Assembly (NCBI GenBank): GCA_965203465.1
Contig: CBDBCR010000001.1
Span: 160,001 to 224,000 of the forward strand
Direction of reading: 5' to 3'
DNA from: Nitrosopumilaceae archaeon
GTDB taxonomy: Archaea > Thermoproteota > Nitrososphaeria > Nitrososphaerales > Nitrosopumilaceae
Length of the DNA: 64,000 nt
Positions 8,955 to 18,002 of the stretch are shown here, piece by piece. A program made the position numbers and the translations under genes. Each line of letters starts with the position of its first letter. Position 1 is the stretch's first letter. Below the pieces are notes generated by a model. That model did not search any database, was not told the origin of the DNA, and saw only the letters and a list, made by a program, of their open reading frames with translations.

Positions 8955-9968
8955 CTACGCGAGGCCCTCGTCCGCCCGGTATTCGGAGCCGTGGGTCAGC
9001 ATGTGCCAGACTATCTTGGTCAGGCTGTGCGCTACGGAAACCATGGCTTTCTTTTCGTGCATCTTTTTTGAAAGCCTCTCGTATTTGGCGGACATGCGGG
9101 CGTCATGGCGCGCCGCGCCGGCGGCGGCCTCCATCATGGCGTGCCTGAGCCACGCGGTCCCCCTTTTTGCCGAGCCGCCGGCCTCGGCCCTTCTGTCCGG
9201 GCGGGACGGCAAAAGGCCCGCGTACGAGACCAGTTTTTCCACGGTGCCGAACCTCTTTACGTCGGCGATCTCTGCCACTATGGCCAGCGCGGGTACGTAC
9301 CCGATCCCCGCTATCGTCGTGATGCGCCTTGCCCCCTCGTCGTCCGCGTACTCGGCGACGATCTTGCGCTCCAGGTTCTCCGTGTGCTCCTGCAGCGTCT
9401 CCAGCACGTCGAGGCACGAGTCGAGCGCCATTCTGTTCACGGGCGAGACGCTCGCGGCACGCATCCGCCCCATGTCCGCCTTTGAAAAGTCCTCCGCCGG
9501 CAGCCCGTGATCGTACTCTTCCAGAATGGCCGTTATCCTGTTCTTCTGGTGCGCGGCCGCGCGGACTATGTCGAGCCGGGTCCTGGTCAGGACGCGCAGG
9601 TTCCTGTAGCGCTCGTCGGGCACGAACGATTCGCGCACCAGGCCGATGCAGAGCAGATCCGCGAGCACCTCAGAGTCCGACCTGCCGCCTCTCACGTTCG
9701 CCTGGTCTACGGTCTCGATGTTGGATCCGTACGCCAAGACGGTGTCTATGCCGCACTCTTCCAGCGTGTCGTGCAGCGTCGCCCAGTAGCTGCCGTCCGA
9801 CGAGCAGGCGGCCTTGGCGTCCCCGTGCGTCTTTTTCACGCGCTCTGCGAACGCCTCAATGTCCTTTTTGTCGTTCCTGAATTCGGCGCGCTCTATCGTG
9901 CCGCCGGAATCGGACTTTACCGTGGCCTCGCACGTCTTTCTGTGCACGTATATCCCGATGTTGATCAA
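8955..9968 (-). CDS. IS110-family transposase-derived protein with degenerate catalytic residues
   Basis: IGIYVH, LRVLTRTR, TIAGIG...AIVAEIAD..RF....KLVSYAGLLP, KRG..WLRHAMMEAA, KKAMVSVAHSL; TTG start at 9968. Confidence 0.85.
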   Translation of the reverse strand: MINIGIYVHRKTCEATVKSDSGGTIERAEFRNDKKDIEAFAERVKKTHGDAKAACSSDGSYWATLHDTLEECGIDTVLAYGSNIETVDQANVRGGRSDSEVLADLLCIGLVRESFVPDERYRNLRVLTRTRLDIVRAAAHQKNRITAILEEYDHGLPAEDFSKADMGRMRAASVSPVNRMALDSCLDVLETLQEHTENLERKIVAEYADDEGARRITTIAGIGYVPALAIVAEIADVKRFGTVEKLVSYAGLLPSRPDRRAEAGGSAKRGTAWLRHAMMEAAAGAARHDARMSAKYERLSKKMHEKKAMVSVAHSLTKIVWHMLTHGSEYRADEGLA

Positions 9969-10289
9969 CGCGCCGCCCCCGGAACGGCCGGATTTGTAGA
10001 TTTGCCCGACCGGGCGCAAGGAACACGTCCGCTTGGCCGGCGCCACGCTCGTCTGTTGCCGGTTCCCGTGCCCATCTAGGAACGCCCTGCCTATCCCCAC
10101 AGATAAGTTTGAGGGAGGCACGATTCAGGCCTACGCCATGCATCCGGGGCGCCGGGCCGACGCTTCTGACAAACCGATATGCCGGCTTACGTGTACTGCT
10201 TGTGCCTTTGTAGATTGCATTGCGGCTCGGCCGGCGTGGGTGCGGGGCCGGGGGTGGCACTATTATAGCCTGATAGATGGGGGACGAAG

Positions 10290-12101
10290 ATGTTTGGCGT
10301 TGCGAGGTTCGGGGAAACCGGCCTGTGGGCGGTTCCGGCGGTCATGCTGGTGGCCTGTGGGCTGTTTTTGGCCGTGCCGGATGACGATGGCTTGCCCAGC
10401 TCTGCGGTGCCGTATACCGAGACTAAGTTGGTACCAGAGGTCTCACATGTGTTCAGCTCGTCGGATACGGTAGAATCACGACTAGAGTCCGCCGAGTATG
10501 CCCAACAGGGGATCGTAACATCAAACGACGCAAAGACCACCGCAGCTCAAAACGTGGTAGTTTATCCGGCAGCATTCGCAAACATGCACGATGTTATGTA
10601 CACTAGGTATCTTCTGCCGTACGGCGACATCTGCGTGTTTGACGACGAGGGGAACTTGTATGGTGGCTCTGAAAACTACGTGTTCCGGGCAGACGTATCG
10701 GAAGGGGCTGTGACAAAATGGATAATACCGCATGATTCTACTTTTTACGGATGTGAGGATACGGATTCGGCCGGACGGTTTTATTTCACTACCGGTGCCA
10801 ATAACCTTATCACTGATTTCAATACACTATTGCGTCTCAATCCTGCCAATAATTCGTTTACAAACTACGGTCTTGCAACACGTTCTGCCATTGTCGATTC
10901 TGGCGATGATGTGTATATGCACCAGCTTGGATACACGTATGTATTGGAAGGAAGCAGAGACACAAAAGTGTTCGTTAGTCATCTTGGCATATCGGTAGAC
11001 TACGATCCAGATGATGAATGGCATCAATGCAATGTTAGATGTTTCGACGTACAAGATACGTGTGACAATGCTTGTGAAGACGCACAACGATCGTGCGAAC
11101 AAGCATGCGATAACTCACAACAATGCCTTGATGCATGTAATACTACTGAGTCTCAATGCGAAGATGCTTGTGCAGATGAGCGCTTTGGGTGTGAAGATGC
11201 GTGCTATGCAGGACCTGGCAGAATCGACGAGAACGATTCGGTGTATAATGTAGTACAATTTCTAGGCTCTGGTGTGTCCGGGCCGGCTACCGTGTCCGTC
11301 TTGTCTTCTGACAGCTCCGTTCTGGGAACCGCTTCGGTGCTTCCTGACCGCCGCGGAATCGTTTTCGCAGAAGTCAGAGTCCCGGTAGATGTCACATCTG
11401 GAACCTTCGACAGAGAATCTCATACTTGGGACATACCGCCAGGCCCGTACAGCACCACCGGGCGCCACACTCTAGTACTGGAAGATTTGTCGCAGACTGC
11501 CAGCACGGAGTTCGAATTGGATCCCAACAGGATAATCACGCCTGCACCGTCCCCTCTTGAACAACATTCTGGAGGAACATATTTTCACCGTGCATTGGTA
11601 GCAAAATTAGACACCGACACCAATAGGCTCACTACGTTTTATGGCAACATTTCAGACTCGGGATACAGCGTGATTGCACTAGATCCATCAGGCCGTTTGT
11701 ATTTGGAAGGAGACAACTATATCGCAAGATTCGATCCAGTTTCCAACGAATTGAAAGAGTGGTACGTTGGTTCAGCCGATGCCATAACACAATACGGCGC
11801 ATACGACAAAAAAGTATACTATGTCGAGAGCCTACAGCACAGGACGATGCTAGCAGAACTGGACATGGAAGAAAACACGCTGCGCAAGTGGACTATGCCG
11901 CACCACCGGTCGCCAAGTTCCATAGCTGTAGACGGTCAAGGCGATGTGTTCTTGGCGTTTTATTTCAGTTCTTGGCTGAAATTCGTACCGTCGACTGGCA
12001 CGTTCACTGAGTTTGGCGATCCCGACCCATATCATTTTGAGATCGGCCCGCAGGATGTGCTCTATTGGGCACAAACTGACCGTGGTGGGATTATAAGATA
12101 G
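10290..12101 (+). CDS. Secreted beta-propeller (Vgb/NHL-like) protein with Cys-rich insert
   Basis: Signal peptide; blade repeats (TKWIIP, RLNP.NNSFT, RFDP.SNELKEW, KFVPSTGTFTEF); lower GC. Confidence 0.75.
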   Translation: MFGVARFGETGLWAVPAVMLVACGLFLAVPDDDGLPSSAVPYTETKLVPEVSHVFSSSDTVESRLESAEYAQQGIVTSNDAKTTAAQNVVVYPAAFANMHDVMYTRYLLPYGDICVFDDEGNLYGGSENYVFRADVSEGAVTKWIIPHDSTFYGCEDTDSAGRFYFTTGANNLITDFNTLLRLNPANNSFTNYGLATRSAIVDSGDDVYMHQLGYTYVLEGSRDTKVFVSHLGISVDYDPDDEWHQCNVRCFDVQDTCDNACEDAQRSCEQACDNSQQCLDACNTTESQCEDACADERFGCEDACYAGPGRIDENDSVYNVVQFLGSGVSGPATVSVLSSDSSVLGTASVLPDRRGIVFAEVRVPVDVTSGTFDRESHTWDIPPGPYSTTGRHTLVLEDLSQTASTEFELDPNRIITPAPSPLEQHSGGTYFHRALVAKLDTDTNRLTTFYGNISDSGYSVIALDPSGRLYLEGDNYIARFDPVSNELKEWYVGSADAITQYGAYDKKVYYVESLQHRTMLAELDMEENTLRKWTMPHHRSPSSIAVDGQGDVFLAFYFSSWLKFVPSTGTFTEFGDPDPYHFEIGPQDVLYWAQTDRGGIIR

Positions 12102-12103
12102 TC

Positions 12104-14338
12104 TTGGCACGCCACGCTGTAGTGATGTTGGCTGTCCTGCTGACAGCTGTCGTCTCTGTATCGTACGCCGTGTCTGGAATCGAGCTGTTCCCGTGGACAT
12201 CAGAGACCTCTTCATCCAACCGTCTTATATACAGCCAAGACACGCAAACAACGCTGTCGTCGCTGACCGACCAGTACTCTGTCCACCCTTCGTCCGCCAC
12301 GTCGTCGTATTCAAGCCGCTCGGTGTATCCGTCCACATCCACCACCACCGTGCCGGAGCTCACATCGTCGCATTCTGTATGGTACCATTCGTCCACATCT
12401 TCCAGCTACGGCAGCCAGACGTACACCACAGACACGACAAAGGCGTTCGTAAAGACGGTCTTTTCGTCCGAGACCGGCGCCGTCGAGGGTACCGTTCTGG
12501 CAGTCAAGCCTCTTGAAACCGTGGTGACGGCGAACTTTTCGTCGGAAACAAGCACGGTAGAGGGAAACGTCGTGCCGGTGGCACTCCCGGAGACCGCCGC
12601 CACCGATTCGTTCACGTCCGAGCAGGGCCGAGTCGAGGGCAGGGTGCTGCCTAGGGCAGAACAGCGGACGGTCTCGGATCTGGAGCCAGAGGCGACGTTC
12701 AGTGCCGGACAGCAAGAACTCATAATAGACAGCCACCGGACGATCCTTTCCAAGATATCTGTGACCGAGACAACAAACGATCCACGGCTCAGCCTCTTGA
12801 ACCTGCTCGGCACAGGACGGGACGACAGAAAAACCGCCACGTACCCCAATGATCTGGACATAGATGTCTCGTCGGGGAACCTAGAGGCAACCATGTCGAT
12901 GGCAAGAGACACCACCGTGACCGGCTCGCCGAGCTGGGACGGCGTGATGGACTTGCCGCGGTTCGTGGATCATTCCAGCCCGTTTGGAGACGTGCATTCG
13001 GCCATACACGTCGGGCTGGACGGAGAGAGGCTGGAATTCGACAAGCCGGTAAGGATAGTCTTTCGCGACAGGGCGGGGCAAGCAGCGGCGTTCGAGATGG
13101 ACGGCCGGCACACCATGATCGACGCGCTGTGCAGGGCAGACGATGCTGGCATCGTGGACGCGCAGCTGGAGGGCACCGGCGAGTGCAGGATTGAGGCTGG
13201 CCCGGACTTGGCGGTGTGGACGTACCACCTGACCCGGTTCTACACGTTCGTGCTGTCGCCTCTGGCGGAGCCGTTGGAGCCTGCCGCAGAGCCGCCCGCA
13301 CAGATCCGCCGCGGTGGAGGCGGTGGAGGCGGAGGCGGCAGCATCACGGGCGCCGGCGCGGAGGGTCGATCCGCCCAAGTCTACATCCGATCCGTGTCGT
13401 GGGACTGCCAGGCCGGAACGGTGGCAGTAGAGGCTGGCCCGGACGACCAAAGTCTGGCAGTGTCCATTCTCAGCAAGACGCTGGGGCTTAGCATGGCAGA
13501 GGCTTCGGACGCTCTGTCACAGTCGGGATACCGAACGTTCGTGGCCCCCATGGACGCAGAGGACGACTTCATACAGGTCAAAGCTTTATCGGTAGGCGGG
13601 CGCGACTTTACGCAGGCCGTCGAACTGCTGGATCTGGACTCGTGCACGGGCACCAGAACTTTCCAGACTTCGCCAGAACGGGTTGCCGGACAGCCCCCCT
13701 CGACTCCCATGCCCGCGCAGGCCGGCGCGCCGGAACAGGTGACCGTCCCGAACCCTGCCCCCGAGCAGACACGCACGCCGGATCCCACACCGGAACAAGC
13801 TGCCAAAGAGATTGCCCGAGAGCCTGCGATCCCAGTACAGACGACAGAGCCGACGCAACCGGCTCAACCTGTCGACATCTGCGGCCCGGGCACGGTAATG
13901 GACTCAGACGGAACGTGCCAGCTGGCGCGCGAAGGGGGCGGGTGCCTGATAGCCACGGCCGCGCACGGCACCGAGCTTGCAGTACAGGTGCAGCGCCTCC
14001 GGGAAGTCCGCCAGACGGTCCTGTCCTCCGAATCGGGCGCCGAATTTATGGGCGCGTTCAACCGCGTCTACTATTCGTTCTCGCCCGCCGTGGCCGACAT
14101 GGAGCGGCAGAACCCCGTCCTGCGCGAGGCCGTCCGCATCGCGCTCGCACCCATGATGGCCACCCTGCAGATGATGGAATTTGCGGACACCGAGGCGCGC
14201 GCTGTAGCGCTCGGAATCCTGGCAATATCCCTGAACGTCGCAATGTACGGCTCGCCAGCGGCTCTGGCGATCCTGGCGCGCCGCCGTCGGAACGCCCGCG
14301 TCCGTCCGAAACCTTTAGGTCGGGCGGCCCGCCAATAG
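12104..14338 (+). CDS. Cell-surface CFI-box-CTERM protein
   Basis: Signal peptide, Ser/Thr-rich region, poly-Gly and Pro-rich linkers, GGGCLIATAAHGTELA..LRE.R...FN..YYSFSP, C-terminal TM plus basic tail. Confidence 0.88.
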   Translation: MARHAVVMLAVLLTAVVSVSYAVSGIELFPWTSETSSSNRLIYSQDTQTTLSSLTDQYSVHPSSATSSYSSRSVYPSTSTTTVPELTSSHSVWYHSSTSSSYGSQTYTTDTTKAFVKTVFSSETGAVEGTVLAVKPLETVVTANFSSETSTVEGNVVPVALPETAATDSFTSEQGRVEGRVLPRAEQRTVSDLEPEATFSAGQQELIIDSHRTILSKISVTETTNDPRLSLLNLLGTGRDDRKTATYPNDLDIDVSSGNLEATMSMARDTTVTGSPSWDGVMDLPRFVDHSSPFGDVHSAIHVGLDGERLEFDKPVRIVFRDRAGQAAAFEMDGRHTMIDALCRADDAGIVDAQLEGTGECRIEAGPDLAVWTYHLTRFYTFVLSPLAEPLEPAAEPPAQIRRGGGGGGGGGSITGAGAEGRSAQVYIRSVSWDCQAGTVAVEAGPDDQSLAVSILSKTLGLSMAEASDALSQSGYRTFVAPMDAEDDFIQVKALSVGGRDFTQAVELLDLDSCTGTRTFQTSPERVAGQPPSTPMPAQAGAPEQVTVPNPAPEQTRTPDPTPEQAAKEIAREPAIPVQTTEPTQPAQPVDICGPGTVMDSDGTCQLAREGGGCLIATAAHGTELAVQVQRLREVRQTVLSSESGAEFMGAFNRVYYSFSPAVADMERQNPVLREAVRIALAPMMATLQMMEFADTEARAVALGILAISLNVAMYGSPAALAILARRRRNARVRPKPLGRAARQ

Positions 14339-14344
14339 ACGCAG

Positions 14345-14668
14345 ATGTCCAGGCGCCGCAAAGATCGCAAGACCCGGCAGGCGCGAGGGCGGCCAAAAGC
14401 CGACGGCCCGCAAGCCCGGCTCATAGACGCGTCCATGCTTGAACGCAGGCATGTACTGCTCCTGTACCTGCACCACCTGCATACCGGCAAGTCGGTGGAT
14501 GAAATAGCCGCCTCTTTCGGGATAGACCCGGACGGCCTGCGCGAGCGCTTTGAGTTCGCCGAACACGTGGTGGACAAGATCCTGCCTGCCGGAAAAACCA
14601 TATCCGAACGGATCCAAAAACGCTTGGCCGCGCGCGGCCAAGAGGCCGCCGGCGAGGGCCCCGCGTGA
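14345..14668 (+). CDS. Hypothetical protein, possible HTH
   Basis: GKSVDEIAASFGIDPDGLRERF resembles an HTH. Confidence 0.5.
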   Translation: MSRRRKDRKTRQARGRPKADGPQARLIDASMLERRHVLLLYLHHLHTGKSVDEIAASFGIDPDGLRERFEFAEHVVDKILPAGKTISERIQKRLAARGQEAAGEGPA

Positions 14669-14672
14669 ACGC

Positions 14673-15311
14673 TCATCCCTCCTCGGAGAGCGCCGCAAGG
14701 ACAGACATCACCGCGGCCCTGCCCGACTTTGGCATCCTCTCAAAGCCGGACAGCATGCCGCGGTACTCGTCGAGCGCCCCCCCCTGCGCCCCGCGCAGCT
14801 TGGCGGCGGTCACCGGCACCAGCTCCTCCATCTTCCCGTCGCAGTACCGCCGCACGTACCTCTCAAAGACCCCGGTCACCAGGCCGGGGGCCACGCGGTT
14901 CAGTACCGCCAGCCCGGCCAGCTCCGGGCCCGGCTCGGCGAAGAACCTGCGCGCGGCGGCCTCGCGCGCCCCCGAGCCGAACGAAAGGGCCGCCACGGCG
15001 CCGGCCTCGGTGAGCCTGTAATAGGGCATGCCCTCCTTTTGGAGCGACTTGGGGCCGCGCTTGATGGGCAGGCGGCCCTCCTCGGCGGCCAGGCCGCGGG
15101 GCACGAGCACGTCCTCAAAGTCCTTGAAGACCCCCGAATAGACGTTCTTCCACGGCGCGCTCCCCGATATCTTCTGCGCTATGGCCGTCCGCGTCCTGTC
15201 GCGCGCGGCCGAGCCCGAAGCCAGGGCCGCTATCACGCCGCGCTGCCTCTTTGCCTCGCCGGTCAGCTGATCCCTCCCCCGGAACGTCCTGAATATGGCA
15301 AGCTCGGCCAT
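14673..15311 (-). CDS. Putative winged-helix DNA-binding protein divergent from amt
   Basis: RTAIAQKI helix and wing motif YYRLTEAG. Confidence 0.7.
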   Translation of the reverse strand: MAELAIFRTFRGRDQLTGEAKRQRGVIAALASGSAARDRTRTAIAQKISGSAPWKNVYSGVFKDFEDVLVPRGLAAEEGRLPIKRGPKSLQKEGMPYYRLTEAGAVAALSFGSGAREAAARRFFAEPGPELAGLAVLNRVAPGLVTGVFERYVRRYCDGKMEELVPVTAAKLRGAQGGALDEYRGMLSGFERMPKSGRAAVMSVLAALSEEG

Positions 15312-15331
15312 GCGCGCCTGCCGCGCGTGAC

Positions 15332-15344
15332 ACGTATTATACGT
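15332..15344. promoter_or_regulatory. Palindrome ACGTAT-T-ATACGT in the divergent promoter region
   Basis: Perfect 6-bp inverted repeat over the TATA-like element about 25 nt upstream of the wHTH gene. Confidence 0.45.
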
Positions 15345-15416
15345 TTTGTGATACTAACACCGGACGGCGTTTCAAAATCTTTAGGCTTAAATAATTTCCG
15401 CCGCGGCGGGGTGCCA

Positions 15417-16985
15417 ATGAAATCTAGGAACAACAAGTACGCTCTACTACTAGTTACCGCAGTCGCAGTCGCGTCTGCCGGCGCGATGTCTCAGGCATTC
15501 GCCCAGCAGGTGACCGACGGCATGGACGGGTACGTAAAGGGAACAAGCGGGATCTACACGGGCAACCCCAACGAGTGCTGGTACGACGACGGCGACGGCG
15601 GAATGCTGCCGTGCCGCATCGACACCGGCGACACCGCGTTCATGCTGACCGCCTCGTCCTTGGTGCTGTTCATGACCCCCGGCGTGGCATTCTTCTACGG
15701 CGGGCTGGCACGCTCCAAGAACGCCGTCAACGTGATCGGGATGACCTTCATCATCATGGGCCTCATGGCCGTGCAGTGGGTCGTCTTTGGATACTCGCTG
15801 GCGTTCGGGCCCATACCCGAAGGCAGCGACGCCAACATGTTCATGGGCAGCCTCGACTACGCCGGCCTCAACCAGGTCTCGGCATACGCGCCTCTGGGCT
15901 CGCCGGGTCCGTGCACCGACACATGGTCGGCCGCATACCAGATGCAGGTATTCCCAGAAGACGAGATCTGTAGCCAAGACTGGCCGGGAACGGTTCCGCA
16001 CCAGCTCTTCATGGCCTTCCAGGGCACGTTCGCCATCATCACGCCGGCCCTAATAGTCGGCGGCCTGATAGGCAGGATGAAGTTCAGCGCCCTGGTGATA
16101 TTCGTGCTCCTCTGGGGGACGTTCGTCTACGATCCGATAGCCCACTGGGTGTGGGGTGGCGGATACATAGGCGGCGGCGCCCTCGATCTGGATCCGGATC
16201 TGTCGCCTTCGTTCGCGCTTGACTTCGCGGGCGGTACCGTAGTACACATCTCTTCCGGCTTCTCTGCACTGGCCGCGGCCCTGATACTGGGACGCAGGCT
16301 GGGCTACGGCAAGATACCCATGGAGCCTCACAACGTACCGATGGTTGTGCTGGGCGCGTCCATACTCTGGTTTGGATGGTTCGGCTTCAACGCGGGCAGC
16401 GAGGTCATGGTGGACGGGATCACCGTCAGCGCCTGGGTGGTGACAAACATCGCCACGGGCATGGCTGCGGTGACCTGGCTGCTGATGAGCTGGGCGCACA
16501 CGGGCAAGCCTAGCATAGTGGGCGCCGCAACCGGCGCCGTCGCTGGCTTGGTCACGATCACGCCGGCATCCGGCTGGGTCGGCCCGATGGCCGCCATCAT
16601 CATGGGCATCGCCGCAGGCACCGTCTGTTACGGCTGCGTCGCGTTCAAGAACGCGCGCAAGTGGGACGACGCGCTAGACGTCTGGGGCGTCCACGGGATG
16701 GGCGGCCTGGTCGGCGCCATACTGACCGGCACGCTGGCAAGTCCCCACATCTGGGACACCGGCGACGGCATCGGCGCGTGGACCGGCACCCCGGAAGGCT
16801 ACGAACAGCAGGCGATAAGCATCATCGGCGCGGCCATATCCATAGGCTACGCGTTCGGTGTCACGGTAGTGATACTGAAGGTGATGGACGCCGTCTGGCC
16901 CGGCGGGATCCGAGTCACTCCCAAAGAGGAGGAACTCGGCCTCGACCTTGCGCAGCACGGCGAAAGGGCGTACGTCAACGAGTAG
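15417..16985 (+). CDS. amt: Ammonium transporter Amt
   Basis: DTGDTAF, FMTPG.AFFYGG, DFAGGTVVH, WFGWFGFNAGS, DDALDVWGVHG, GLD...HGE. Confidence 0.97.
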   Translation: MKSRNNKYALLLVTAVAVASAGAMSQAFAQQVTDGMDGYVKGTSGIYTGNPNECWYDDGDGGMLPCRIDTGDTAFMLTASSLVLFMTPGVAFFYGGLARSKNAVNVIGMTFIIMGLMAVQWVVFGYSLAFGPIPEGSDANMFMGSLDYAGLNQVSAYAPLGSPGPCTDTWSAAYQMQVFPEDEICSQDWPGTVPHQLFMAFQGTFAIITPALIVGGLIGRMKFSALVIFVLLWGTFVYDPIAHWVWGGGYIGGGALDLDPDLSPSFALDFAGGTVVHISSGFSALAAALILGRRLGYGKIPMEPHNVPMVVLGASILWFGWFGFNAGSEVMVDGITVSAWVVTNIATGMAAVTWLLMSWAHTGKPSIVGAATGAVAGLVTITPASGWVGPMAAIIMGIAAGTVCYGCVAFKNARKWDDALDVWGVHGMGGLVGAILTGTLASPHIWDTGDGIGAWTGTPEGYEQQAISIIGAAISIGYAFGVTVVILKVMDAVWPGGIRVTPKEEELGLDLAQHGERAYVNE

Positions 16986-17133
16986 GATTTCACTCTTCTT
17001 CTTTTTCACGTGCCATGGCGGGCCGGGGTGCGCGCGGCCGCCCGAATCCCATGACCGATCCGTCTTGAGGCCCGGATCCGGCGCGACTGCCGGAGCCCAA
17101 CACTAAAATCCGCGGCCGGGCGGCCGCACGGCG

Positions 17134-17337
17134 ATGGCTAGCGAAAAGCCCGCGCAGCCCGGAAACGGCGCGGATCCGCACGCCAAGCCGCGCATCTCCA
17201 ACCGGTACCCGAGGCCGCTCAACGCGGAGGACTGGGAGAGGCTCTTGGAGAACCTCAAACGCGGCCCGACTCCCGCCCAGCGCAAGGCGGTGGACGATGC
17301 CCTGCAACTCGCCAAGCGCGTGAAACTGGCCGAATAG
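17134..17337 (+). CDS. Putative antitoxin resembling the DUF1778 C-terminus
   Basis: LNAEDWERLLENLKRGPTP; directly upstream of a GNAT gene. Confidence 0.5.
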   Translation: MASEKPAQPGNGADPHAKPRISNRYPRPLNAEDWERLLENLKRGPTPAQRKAVDDALQLAKRVKLAE

Positions 17338-17399
17338 GCGGGTGCCCGACGGAATCGTACATATGGGGCCCCGGGGCGCGGCCGCACCAGACGAGAATC

Positions 17400-17888
17400 A
17401 TGGACGATCCCCCATACGACGGCATCGTGGTCAAGAAAATGTCCGGCACGGACGTGGCGGACGGCTTCGAATGCGCAAAACCCGAGTTTGCCGAGCATCT
17501 GCGCGCGGCGGCCCCTCACCACCAGCGGGAACTAATCGGCCAGCCGTATCTTTTCACGCGCGGGGGCGAAATACTGGGGTACGTCGTATTGGCGGCCTCG
17601 CGCTTGGGCGCAAAAGACCGACAGAGCGCCGGCGCGCACGGGATCGTCCCGGCCGTTTTGATCACCTACATGGCCACGCACAAGCGCCACGAGCGGCGGG
17701 GCATAGGAAGGCTGATGGTGTCGTGGTCCGTCTCGCAGGCAAAAGCCATATCACGGGGCATGGGTTGCAGACTCGTCACGGTCAACTCGGAACCGGACGT
17801 ATCCGAGTTTTACGCAAAGCTCGGCTTCGTCCGGGCGTCCGAGCAGGAAGACGGCTGCGTGGCGATGTACCTCGACATAGCGGACTGA
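17400..17888 (+). CDS. GNAT acetyltransferase (AtaT/TacT-like)
   Basis: FECAK, VPAVLITYMA, RRGIGR, MGCRLVTV, FYAKLGF. Confidence 0.8.
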   Translation: MDDPPYDGIVVKKMSGTDVADGFECAKPEFAEHLRAAAPHHQRELIGQPYLFTRGGEILGYVVLAASRLGAKDRQSAGAHGIVPAVLITYMATHKRHERRGIGRLMVSWSVSQAKAISRGMGCRLVTVNSEPDVSEFYAKLGFVRASEQEDGCVAMYLDIAD

Positions 17889-18002
17889 CCCGGCCCGTCC
17901 GGGGATCCTCGGCCGCCGCGCAAACCCGCAAGCGGCTACGGGCCACCCGCGGCGCGGCTGGCCGGGGTGCGCACAAATAGGGGAGGGCCGGCAAGTATCC
18001 CG

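Noticed and set aside
13312-13340. GGN microsatellite
   Set aside because: Encodes the ordinary poly-Gly linker of a surface protein
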